Below the pieces are notes generated by a model. That model ran no database searches, was not told the origin of the DNA, and saw only the letters and a program-made list of their open reading frames with translations. Below, one piece after another: positions 51,021-62,749 of a stretch of 64,000 nt of DNA (position 1 is its first letter; each line of letters opens with the position of its first letter). The stretch lies in contig NC_058130.1 in NCBI RefSeq assembly GCF_016433145.1, positions 416,405,735-416,469,734 of the forward strand, written 5' to 3'. The translations under genes were made by a program, and so were the position numbers. Source of the DNA: Gracilinanus agilis (Eukaryota).

Positions 51021-51503
51021 CCAAGAACAAGTAAATTAAAACAGGTAAGCTATTGTTGCCCTCCTATGTAATATATGAAAAATTAAATAACTAGCCCCAA
51101 ATCATACAGTTAGGAAATGGTCAAGCTGTAAACAGGTATGGGCTCTGGGAATACAATGAGATTTCTATATCCTTTATATTTACTATTGTTGTTGGTATTT
51201 ATTACTATTGTTTTTAAACAGAAAGTGCAAGTTTACATTAATTGATACTCCTTCATTTTTTTAGCTATCACATATTTCCATACATTTTATGGTTCCTTAA
51301 AACCAGAATACCAGCAGAATTAAGACCACAAGGTTTTTCTTCACTCCTTTAAGCCTTAACAGCACAATAAGTTCTTTGATGATTAAAAGTATATTTATTA
51401 TGATATAACACGGGATTATAAAGTGGTAAAGGACAGACTTGAGAGTTAACAGTTATTGAAGCTGCATAAATAAATATTCAAAGATTTAAATAATACGCCT
51501 TGG

Positions 51504-51673
51504 TTATTTCTCTATATCAATGGCATATCTCTTGATTTCTGGTCCAGACACTTTCTCCAATGATATGCCACTTTTCCTTAAGAGAAAGCCTTGCAATTTT
51601 GCTAAGTGATGACAATTAGTGTCTGCCTTAATATTCATCAGTTGCTTTGCAGATAACTTTATGCAGTTTGAAT
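51504..51673 (-). CDS. Candidate terminal coding exon, SNCIKLSAKQ...KRYAIDIEK*
   Basis: Strong acceptor ctcccaactttttttcctacctcattcttag, 55 open codons to TAA, minus-strand AATAAA at 51394-51399. Peptide not recognised. Confidence 0.25.
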
Positions 51674-52049
51674 CTAAGAATGAGGTAGGAAAAAAAGTTG
51701 GGAGAATGCATGACTTGGCACAATCTAAATAGTGAGACTCTGTGCAAGGTGGTGTCATTGTTGTTGTTTCCTTACTAAGAATAAATGACTTTGATCTAAA
51801 AAAAAGTAAAAGAAAAATAGTGAGTAGGAAAATGAAAAAGAGGTGAAAAAATTTTAAAATAGAACCTAATTGCTGTTATGAATTTGTTTTATAAAGTCCA
51901 GAAAAAAACTACATTGTTCTTAGGATGATGAAAGCAATTATGATTGATGAAGTTCTCTCAATTATCTTTAAGGAATCATGTATAACAGAATTACTACAAT
52001 TAGGCTGAATATATGAAAATATTCTGAATTCTCATGAGAGGAAGAAAGT

Positions 52050-52880
52050 GGATTCTGCCAATCATTGTTCAGGGACCTGGATTCCTAACAACGTAGCTAA
52101 TCACTAAGACCTAGCATGGGTTCAACAGGAACAAGTTATACTGAACAAAACTCATTTCTTTTTTGAATAGGGTTACTAGAATGGTTGACCAAAGGTAATG
52201 CCATGAGCACTGTATGCTTTCACCTAGAAATTGGACAAAATAACTCATGATATCCTTAAAGAAGGGATTTGAATTGGATAATAATATATTTAAGTAGAAT
52301 GGTAACTGTTAGAATGAATGGAACCCAAACATGATTAATTTGTCAAAAACAAAGTGGAGGCTTATTTTCTGGAGTATCATAGGGCTTTTACCATCTACTG
52401 CTCAGCATTGTTACTTAAGTTAAGGGACAGATAGTAGGCTTATTATATTTGTGAATTAAATCACGCTTATAGGCACAGATAATGATTGGATGAGAGAATC
52501 AGAATCCAAAAGTACTTTTTACTAGCTTTAATAATTAAGTGAATAAAAAAGATAAAAATTAAGAGTAATAAATATAAAGTCCCACATTTGGACTTAAATA
52601 AATGAATAAGTAAGTAAACTGTGGAAGTTTAGAATAGGGTGTCTCTAGCTAGAATTTCATATGAAAAATACCTTTTTTAAAAATTTAGCCAGTCTCTATA
52701 GGAAATATAAACTTGGTATGTTATCCAAAGAAGATAAATTAAATTTAGGAAGTATAGACTAAATCACAGTTTTCAGAAAGAGGATGATGACATTTCCTCC
52801 CTACTTTTCTCTGTTTATACTCTTAAAGCATTACATTCAGTCTAGGCTGGCAAAAAGGAGACAGAGGGATGTGGTAGCTA
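52050..52880 (+). mobile_element. CR1/L3 LINE fossil (RT domain relic)
   Basis: aacaaaactcatttctttttttgaatagggttactagaatggttgaccaaagg (relic of TNLISFFDRVTRMVDQG) and ttattatatttgtgaatt...gataatgattgg (relic of LIKFADD). Confidence 0.72.
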
Positions 52881-53493
52881 TCTTCATGTATTTTGAGGTC
52901 TCCAAATTTTTGCGAAACTTCCACTTATTGATCATAATTCTTTCCCCTGAGGCCAACTAAAGCAAATCCAATCTTTCTTATACATGATGCCCATAAAATA
53001 TGGATAATAATTCAGTTTGTACCTCACTGGATTATTATGAGAAAAGCATTTTGACTACTGTAAAGCGCTATATAAATCCAAGCTATTAATATGAGCTAAA
53101 ATTGAGGAAGGTAGATGATTATATTATTAGTATGCAATACATATGCATTTATTCATGTATGATTGCTTCTACATTTATGGTTTCAAATTGCTTTCTACTT
53201 TATATAGAACTTAGTTTTAGATGATTTTCTGAAGTATAAATGGTTCAGGGGGGAAAATGGTTGTGCTGTTGGTAGTGAAGACCGGTCTTAGGCAAACTCA
53301 TAAAGTAGGTAATATTTATGTTTAGTTTATTTTCCTTTTTTTTCTCTTGAAATCCTTTTTAGCTCCCTTGTCAAAATTCCAAGTGCTGTCTTGTTGCTCA
53401 CTAGCTATCACTCTATACTAGAAAACCCATTTCCCAAAGTAGAAATCCTAGGTCCTGAACTCCAGTGCCAACTAAAACAGGACTGAGACTTAC

Positions 53494-53545
53494 ATTTAAA
53501 GGAAGCATAGCTGCTTTGTGGTCAGTTACCTCAGTATTCAGTTTT
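53494..53545 (-). CDS. Candidate internal coding exon (52 nt, phase 2-0), KLNTEVTDHKAAMLPLN
   Basis: Acceptor gatcttgtttctccttgtgttcccatctcag, donor AAT|GTAAGT, single open frame, phase-compatible with 41434-41506. Confidence 0.3.
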
Positions 53546-55509
53546 CTGAGATGGGAACACAAGGAGAAACAAGATCTATTAACCCCTTATCAAGCCTTAG
53601 CTAGCAGATGTGTCAGCAATGAATATATCTTTATTTGAAAATAAATAATATCCATATTAAAAAGTATGCTTATTATGAGACTACAGGCATTGTGGTAGAC
53701 CAGGTTGAGGAAAATTTCAAGTCAGGAACATTTTAGTGCCTCCTTTGCCTCACATCATTTCATTCTGTTTCCATTCTTCCTCTATCACTATTTCTTCATA
53801 TTATGTTCTTCCTTATCATCCATTCTTTCCTCTATGCCATAAATTCAGAATTAATGCATTAAAAGCTTTCTATGATTAAAATACTATGAATTAGGTGGTT
53901 CTAGAAAAAAAGAAAAGCAAAAATGAAACAGTCCCTGTCCTCAGGGAACTTAAATTGTATTGTGTCTATATAACACACAAATAGTTCATATAAATACAAA
54001 GTATATACAAAGTATTAAAATAATTTTATGAAAGAGAGAGGATAAGCCACTAAAATACTGGGAAAATAACCACTAAAAAACTTTTGCACAAGGGAGCCCT
54101 TGAGTTGTAATTTGAAGGAAGCTAGAAGATTCTAAAATTCATAGATTCACTTGTATTGTTTATTGAATACATTCAATATTAATCATTGTGATTGACATTC
54201 AGGAGGAAATAAAGAGGCTATAAATCAATTAATTAACAAAATTCAATAAATGCATAATAATATTAAGGGCACATGTTTTCTCTAAAGACTTCTCAATCTA
54301 TTTGGGAGGAACAATTAATGTATATGAAACATCTAACTAACAACCGAAGGCATTGTGTGGTAAATACTAAATTAAATATAAGAGAAACATGGCAGAATGG
54401 AGAGACTACTGGACCTTTATTCAGGATGACCTGGGTCCAAATGCTCTCTCAGATACTAACTAATATTGACTTCTGCCTTGCCATTGGACTTTTATGTCTC
54501 TGGAAGAGAAAATGCTGCTGATCATTTTGCATAATTTTGCCTCACTGAAATCTAAGAAATGTGCAAGTCATGACATTATTCATCATGATGTCATTGATCT
54601 TTTTCACAAATGAAGGAAGAGCAACAAAAACTAGTTGAATGAATCCTAGGCATATCACATAACTACTCTGAGATCCAGTTTTGTCATTTGCAAAATGAAT
54701 ATAATGATAGCACCTATTCCACAGTGGTATCACAGGTATCAAGTTAGATAATGTAACAAAGAGGTTAGCTAGACATAGTGCTATATAAATGTGAACTATT
54801 GTAATGAGATTTAAAAAAAAGGTCAAATCGCTTTTGACTGAAGTAGTCAGGGAATGCATCAAAGAAAATGAAAGATTTTAGTTGAGTCTTGAAGAATTAG
54901 TTAGATTGGAACATTTAGGTTGCTTAGTGGATAGAGAGTCAGGCCTGGATTTAGAAGAACCATGGTTCAAATCTGACCTCAGAGGCTTCCTAACTGTATG
55001 GCTCTGGGCGTTTACCTAGTCCTCATCACTTTTCCTCTTTGGAACCATATGATTCTAAGACAGAAGGTAAGGATAAAAAAAGGAGTAGAATTTCAATAGG
55101 CAGAAATAGGAGGCTGATGTGTGAGAAGGCAGAGGGATTCCTGGGTGCTGGAATAACTAAAAAAGCAGGGCAAGAAAAAAAACCATGGTGCATTTGGCAG
55201 ATGGCTTGTTAAAAATGACTCTAGAAGAGGATTTATGCCTTATGAGTAAATAAAAGAGAAAATATATCTAGAAATGTAGAACCCAGACTGTAGTAAGTAC
55301 CACAAGTACAAAAGAAAAAGGTTTGGATTTATCCTGTTGAATGTAGGAAGAATTTGAGCAGAGGACTGATGATTTTAAAAAAAAAAAACAGACACTTTAA
55401 TATATAAATATTTATCTATTTATATTTTACAAAATCAATTGGAGGTAAGGGTCTGAAGGTAAGGAGTCTAGGTAGAAAGCTTTATAAGACCTAGATTTCT
55501 CTATCTCTT

Positions 55510-58363
55510 TTTTCTCATATATATTTAGAGAACTTTATTATTATTTTTTAGTTTTAATTAATTTTATATTTTTAGAAAAATTTTCCATGGTTACATAATT
55601 CATGTTTTTACTTTACCCTTCACCCCCTCACGCTCCCCCTCCCCCCATGGCTAATTAGAATTTCCACTGGTTTTAACATGTGTGGTCTGTCAAGACTTAT
55701 TTACATATTATTGATAGTTACATTGGTGTGGTCCTTTTAGGTCTACATCCCCAATCATGTCCTCATCAACCTAAGTGTTCAAGCAGTTGTTTTTCTTCTA
55801 TGTTTCCTCTCCTGTAGTTCTTCCTCTGAATGTGGGTAGCATTCTTTTCCATAAATCCCTCAGAATTGCCTTGGGTCATTGCATTGCTGCTAGTACAGAA
55901 GTCCATTAAATTCTCTTGTACCACAGTGTATCAGTCTCTGTGTACAATGATTCTTCTGGCTCTGCTCCTTTCACTCTGCATCAATTCCTGGAGGTCTTTC
56001 CAGTTCACATGGAATTCCTCCAGTTTATTATTCCTTTGAGCACAATAGTATTCCATCACCAACATATACCACAATTTGTTCAGCCATTCCCCAATTGAAG
56101 GGCATACCCTCACTTTCCAGTTTTTTGTCACCACAAAGAGCACAGCTATAAATATTTTTGTACAAGTTGGTTTATCTATGATCTCTTTTGGGTAAAAACC
56201 CAGCAATGGTATGGCTGGATCAAGGAGCAGGAATTCTTTTATTGCTCTTTGGGCATAGTTCCAAATTGCCATCCAGAATGGTTGGATCAGTTCACAAATC
56301 CACCAGCAGTGCATTAATGTCCCAATTTTGCCACATCCCCTCCAACATTCATTACTCTCCCCTGCTATCATTTTAGCCAATCTGCTAGGTTTGAAGTGGT
56401 ACCTCAGAGTTGTTTTCATTTGCATTTCTCTAATTATTAGAGATTTAGAACACTTTCTCATGTGCTTATTGATACTTTTGATTTCTTTATCTGAAAATTG
56501 CCTATTCATATCCCTTGCCCATTTATCAATTGGGGAATGGCTTGATTTTTTATACAATTAATTTACCTCCTTGTATATTTGAGTAATTAGACCTCTGTCA
56601 GAATTTTTTTGTTATAAAGATTTTTTCTCAGTCTGTTGTTTCCCTTCGGATTTTGACTACGTTGTTTTTGTTTGTACAAAAGCTTTTTAGTTTGATATAA
56701 TCAAAATTTTTTATTTTATATTTTGTAATTTTTCTAACTCTTGCTTGGTTTTAAAATCTTTCCTTTCCCAGAGATCTGACAAGTATACTATTCTGTGTTC
56801 ACTTAACTTATTAATAGTTTCCCTTTTTATATTCAAGTCATTCACCCATTCTGAATTTATCTTGGTGTAGGGTGTGAGATGTTGATCTAAACCTAATTTC
56901 TCCCATATTGTTTTCCAAATTTCCCAACAGTTTTTGTCAAATAGTGGATTCATGTCCCAATAGTTGGACTCTTTGGGTTTATCATACACTGTTTTGCTGA
57001 CGTCACTTACCCCAAGTCTATTCCACTGATCCTCCCAGTACCATATTGTTTTGATGACCACTGCTTTGTAGTATAGCTTAATATCTGCTACTGCTAAGCC
57101 ACCTTCATTCCCTTTTTTTTTTCATTATTTCCCTTGATATTCCTGATCTTATGTTCTTCCAAATAAACTTTGTTATAGTTTTTTCTAATTCAGTAAAAAA
57201 GTTTTTTGGTAGTTTGATAGGTATGGCACTAAATAAGTAAATTAATTTGGGTAGAATGTTCATTTTTATTATGTTAGCTCATCCCACCCATGAGCAATCA
57301 ATGCTTTTCCAATTGTTTATATCTATTTTTAATTGTTTGGAAAGTGTTTTGTAGTTATGTCCATATAATTCCTGTGTTTGTTTTGGTAGATAGATTCCTA
57401 AGTATTTCATACTGTCTAGGGTGATTTTAAATGTTGTTTCTCTTTCTACCTCTTGCTGCTGATCACAGCATATGTTAGAAATATATAGAAATGCTGATGA
57501 TTTATGTGCATTTATTTTGTATCCTGCAATTTTGCTAAAGTTGTTGATTATTTCTACTAGCTTTTTAGTTGATTCTCTAGGATTTTTTAAGTAGACCATC
57601 ATATCATCTGTAAAGAGTGATAGCTTAGTCTCCTCATTGCCTATTTTAATACTTTCAATTTCTTTTTCTTCTTTAATTGCTACTGCTAGTGTTTCTAGTA
57701 CAATGTCAAATAATAGAGGTGATAATGGGAATCCTTGTTTCACACCTGATCTTATTGGAAAGGCTTATAATTTATCCCCATTGCATATGATGCTTGTTGA
57801 TGGTTTAAGATATATATATATATTGTTTATTATTTTTAGGAAAGGACCTTCTATTCCTATATTTTCTAGTGTTTTCAGTAGGAATGGGTGTTGTATTTTG
57901 CCAAAGGCTTTTTCAGCATCTATTGAGATAATCATGTGGTTTTTGTTGGTTTGCTTGTTGATATGGTCAGTTATGTGGATGGTTTTCCTATTGTTGAACC
58001 ATCCTTGCATTCTTGGTATAAATCTCACCTGATCATGATGGATAACCCTCTTGATCACTTGCTGGAGTCTTTTTGCTAGTATTCTACTTAAGATTTTTCC
58101 ATTTATTTTCATTAAGGAGATTGGTCTGTAATATTCTTTCTCTGTTTTTGATCTACCTGGCTTTGGAATCAGTGCCATATTTGTGTCTTAAAAGGAATCT
58201 GGTAAGACTCCTTCTTTGCTTATTATATGAAATAATTTGTATAGTACTGGGATTAATTATTCTTTCAGTGTTTGTTAGAATTCATTTGTGAATCCATCTG
58301 GCCCTGGGGTTTTTTCCTTAGGGTATTCTTTGATGGCTTGTTCAATTTCTTTTTCTGATATTG
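55510..58363 (-). mobile_element. 5'-truncated L1_Mdo-type LINE (~2.85 kb) with broken ORF2 (RT and C-terminal Cys domain), 16-bp TSD
   Basis: ORF fragments carry [30 protein letters not shown] and CWRGCGKIGTLMHCWW. TSD gatttctctatctctt at 55494-55509 and 58364-58379. Confidence 0.97.
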
Positions 58364-59334
58364 GATTTCTCTATCTCTTGGTCTGCTAACACTGGGGAAA
58401 ATATTTTTGTTACCTATGCAAATAGACAGAAACATTACTATGCATTATGCTTTTCTGTTTAGGAAGCTCTGAGTTCAACTATTTGTTCCAAAATATTAGA
58501 GGATTCTGAGAATAATATTCTAGATTTATTTTAGCAACACACCTGCAATATAGATGATTACTCTAGCAAAAATGTCTGAATCATATCACACGACATATAG
58601 ATATTTAATCTGGGATCTGGAAAATTTCTTTTACTGTCTCTGAAAAGAGACTGGAAAGTAGGGGAAGGACAATGGTTGCACATCCACTAGCCTGGCTGAA
58701 GGACTCTGGGCAACTTTCAGTGAGAACAAATGTAGAAACTGTCTCCTTTGCTTCCCTATCCACAAAAGGGTTATTTAGCTAAAATAAACATTTTCTATCT
58801 ATTACAACTCAAATATTTGTGGTCTTTTGAGACAGTGTCTTTTTAAGGGGGTTCAAAATAAAATTATCTTTCCCAAGGTATTCTATAGGAGAAGAGAACA
58901 TTTAATTTACTCTCATCAGCTTAGCTCCTTGCCACCAAGCTCTGGTTATGCAAACAATATTTATGGATAGGTAGTAAACCTCTTTGTCAAAGCAAGCAAC
59001 AAATAGAAATTGGAGGAGGGGATTACAAAATCTAGGTAGATAATTGAATCTACCAGAGTTCATGATCCCTTCAATGTTCTAGTGAGTTAAAATTTTTGGT
59101 TTAACCCAGGAAAGAATAATCTCAAGGCTCCCCTTAGCAGTCTCTAGATCTGTATGGAAGTAAAGGGATATTTTGAGGGATGGCTTCCCCAATACATCTA
59201 CAGCTCCAGTGAGATCAGTGAGATCAAAAGTTTGCCTTTTTCACACCATTTTATATTATAATATCCCTTTTCCACATCTCCTAGCACAATTTCAATCTAA
59301 AAATTAAAGTAATAATGAAAAATATATAAATAAA

Positions 59335-59382
59335 ATAAAGTTCTCTTGTCTAACTATGATAAAGTTCTCTTGTCTAACTATG
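59335..59382. repeat. Perfect 24-bp tandem duplication (ataaagttctcttgtctaactatg x2)
   Basis: Direct reading: 59335-59358 and 59359-59382. Confidence 0.95.
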
Positions 59383-59396
59383 CAGATATACTTTTT

Positions 59397-59593
59397 TTTA
59401 AACCCTTACCTTCCGTCTTGGAGTCAATACTGTGTATTGGCTCCAAGGCAGAAGAGTGGTAAGGGCTAGGCAATGGGGGTCAAGTGACTTGCCCAGAGTC
59501 ACACAGCTAGGAAGTGGCTGAGGCCAGATTTGAACCTAGGACCTCCCGTCTCTAGGCCTGACTCTCAATCCACTGAGCTACCCAGCTGCCCCC
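59397..59593 (-). mobile_element. Young SINE1_Mdo-type SINE, long variant, 15-bp TSD
   Basis: TSD gcagatatacttttt at 59382-59396 and 59594-59608. Confidence 0.96.
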
Positions 59594-60509
59594 GCAGATA
59601 TACTTTTTAGGAACTCAGAGGTTTCTCAGATACTAAGTAGTCATGGCAAATGCTAAATATATAATATAAGAGAGATGTCTTTCTTTTAAGGAATGATTCA
59701 ACCCTGCTAGGGCAGGGGTGTGGAGGCAGATACTGCACCTCCTATTGCTGTTGCTACTACCTCTACCATCATATATATATGTGGTTTTTTTGAATTTAAA
59801 AATAACTTAGCTCATAAAATCCCTGTAAGTTAAGTAATGCACATACCATTATTTCTATTTCATAGATAAGGAAATTGAAGTCTAAAAGTGTTATAAATGA
59901 CTTGCCTGAAGTCCCACTACTAAGCATCAGATACTGGATGTGACAGCATTAGAGGAAAAAGGCAGGGGAAAGAAGAAGCTATTCTGACTACTATCCACTG
60001 CTGGCATTATCTTAGCCAAGTCATTGAATCTCTCTGCATTATGGGGTTATAGATTAAGAGCAGGAAGGACCTCAGAGTTCACCTTTGTCAAGTCTCCTAT
60101 TTTATAGATAGAAAACTAAGTAAGGGTAATTGACTTGCCACAGTCCAATAGATAGTCAACTCCAGAAATGGGATTTGAACTCAGCTCTTCTGACTCTAGA
60201 GCCAGGGTACATTTCATTGTCCATGAAGAGAGTTGTTGCTCTAGACAGTCTATAAATTCTCTTCTAGCTTTGAACCCATGAGTCCGTATGGCCTAAGCTT
60301 GGCAGCTGCGTCTACTATGCTTTATGAGCACCATTTATTTGACAATTTTGCTTTGTGACAACTCTTGCTTTTTTTTACTAGACTTTTGAAACTGCTCGAC
60401 TATTCAACTATTCTTTAATTGTTTCTTAATCTTTCCATGCTTTTATGTCTCAGCTCTTATGTTTTATGCTCTTGTGTCAACAAGAAATCTCCTTTTATAA
60501 CCTTTTTAG

Positions 60510-60725
60510 AGTGTGCAGCAGTCTGCTTGTACAGGCTTGAGAGAGCTAATTATTAAATTTCTGTGCCCAGAGCATTTACACCTTGGAAATCAGCACACAC
60601 TACAAATCAGGGCTTGAATTATTGTTTTGTTGATTATCTATACTTTAAAAATTTAAAGAAAATTTTAATAATGCAAATTAAACTTCACAGCGTGTTCTAC
60701 ATTTTCAGAGAACTTGTTGATAAGC
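60510..60725 (+). mobile_element. MER63-like hAT-Blackjack fossil
   Basis: cttggaaatcagcacacactacaaatcagggcttgaattattgttttgttgattatct...aataatgcaaattaaactt resembles the MER63 consensus as I recall it. Confidence 0.55.
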
Positions 60726-62749
60726 ACTCCTAAGAAATCCATGGACTTCTTGGGAATTCATTATTTCCTTCTGGATGAAAGTGATCAATCTCTAAGGTTC
60801 TTTATAGATTCAATATTCCTAGAGTTTATGAATGTATTCCTGATCTCCCCAGTTAGATTATCTGCCACTTGAGGATAAGAATTGGGTCCTGTTTACCTTT
60901 AACCCTCAAATATAATCTAATAATTCATGGTTAAAGCTCTGTGATTGCTGTTGATTTGGTTTGAGAAGGTAAATTGCTGTTAAATTATAGTAATTCCAAT
61001 GAGCATTGGAGACATTCATCTACAAGCAAAGTAGAGAGGTTCTGACTGATTTGACAGCAGAAGGCTCCAGCTTCTCCCTCATCCATCCCCATTCAGCTCC
61101 ATACTGGATGAGGGAATGGATACCTAGAGATGGCATCACACCAATATATTTAGGTGCATCATAAAACAATTTCTACTGTTTCCCATCAGAGCCCTCATCT
61201 CATTCTGCGCAAAATAAGCAATATGACTGACAACCAAGGAACTTTGCCAATCTATTTCTACAGACACTTCAATTTGAACTACAGTATAATCATACAAAAA
61301 ATCAGATTGAACAGTTTCTACCCTAAAATAGTGAATATCCAGACATAGGACTGATCTGTTTAGCATATGTTCTTTGTCTGTCTATGCATTTTATTTGCAA
61401 ACATCTCAGTGGCACACATTTGTAGTAAATGGATCCCAGATCATCTGATTAGAAATGCCTTTTAAAGAATAACTAGTTTTCTTATCTTGTTACCAAGATA
61501 TTGAAATATATATGTACATGTATATGTGTGTATATGTATATAAAATTGTAATAATGCCCAATTATGAGACTATTCACCCTTTAAAATAATCATCAATTAT
61601 CTGCATTTGTATTTTTTTCCTGGTGCAGATGGTAGGCATAGTGTTAGATATTTTGCAATATGTCAAAATCTGCTTATAGTTATATTCCATCAAACACTTT
61701 GGACCAAATAAAAAATGGTAGGTTCATTTATTTATTTGTCTTCTTTTCTTTCTTTGTTTCTGTAATGCATATATTATTTTTCATATATTTTCCAGATTTC
61801 ATGTAGATACAATTTTAATAATCATTTTCTCACATTTTGCATTTCACATTCTCTCCCTTTCCCCCATCCCTCTCTCCGTCCCAAGACAGCAAGTGATATG
61901 ATATAGGTTGTACATGGGCTATCAGACAATATATAATTCCATGGTTTTCCTGCTGTGAAGGAAGATACATGTCATTTATACTAGAAAAGAATTCATGGAG
62001 GAAATAAAGTGAAGAATGGTGTATTTCAATCAGCAGATTCCATTAGTTCCTTTCGTGATGGCAGCTTTAAAAATGGTAGATTTAAATGATTTTTGATTAT
62101 ATTTAAAATGTCACATATATGCGCTGTCTTAAGACTTTCAATATACTTTTTTTAATCAATTATCTATTATGATCGAAAATGCTATTGTCTTAATTGCGTA
62201 GGTCAGGAAAGGAAAAGTCAGAGACATGAAGGGAATTTCCCTACAAACAAATAGCTACTATTGTATTTTCTTAAGATGTAACTTCAAATTAGGACTCCTG
62301 ACTTCAGGTTTAACATCCTGTCCATGAAACAGTCCACTTAGAGCACTGTGATTATAAGCACCTATAAAAGAGGTCATGACCTTTGGGAGTTTTCATGGAT
62401 AGGATGAAGTAGATGGAAGTCATTGAAAATATAGTTTAAAATGTTCTCATAGGTGTTGCAAGCAAGTGGAGTTTATATCATCAAGAAAAGATGAAGGAGA
62501 AAGGGGACAGAATAGAACATGTAAGTGACTCTGTGCTCTCTCCAAAGTTGTCAGTTTTTGATTGTTTCTTCAACTGATATATTTTTACTTTTTTTTTTAG
62601 GAAAAATCATTTTTTAAAAATTATTCTGTGACTTCTTGTCCACCACAGTCCTCTCCTTTAAGCAAATTAAAGCAACAAAGAGAGTTTGATCTCTTTGGGA
62701 AAGAATGAATATTCAACATGCAAAAGAATACTATTTGATCTGACCAAAA

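Noticed and set aside
55931-58178. Longest ORFs in the window (116-208 aa) as a host gene
   Set aside because: They are frameshifted L1 ORF2 fragments inside a TSD-bounded L1 insertion.
61075-61115. 11-bp perfect inverted repeat (tccctcatcca / tggatgaggga) as a miRNA or terminator hairpin
   Set aside because: The stem is too short for a pre-miRNA, and such stems are expected by chance at this window size.
61136-61366. Overlapping open frames on both strands as an upstream exon of the minus-strand gene
   Set aside because: The acceptor is plausible but there is no consensus donor in a compatible phase, and no peptide is recognised.
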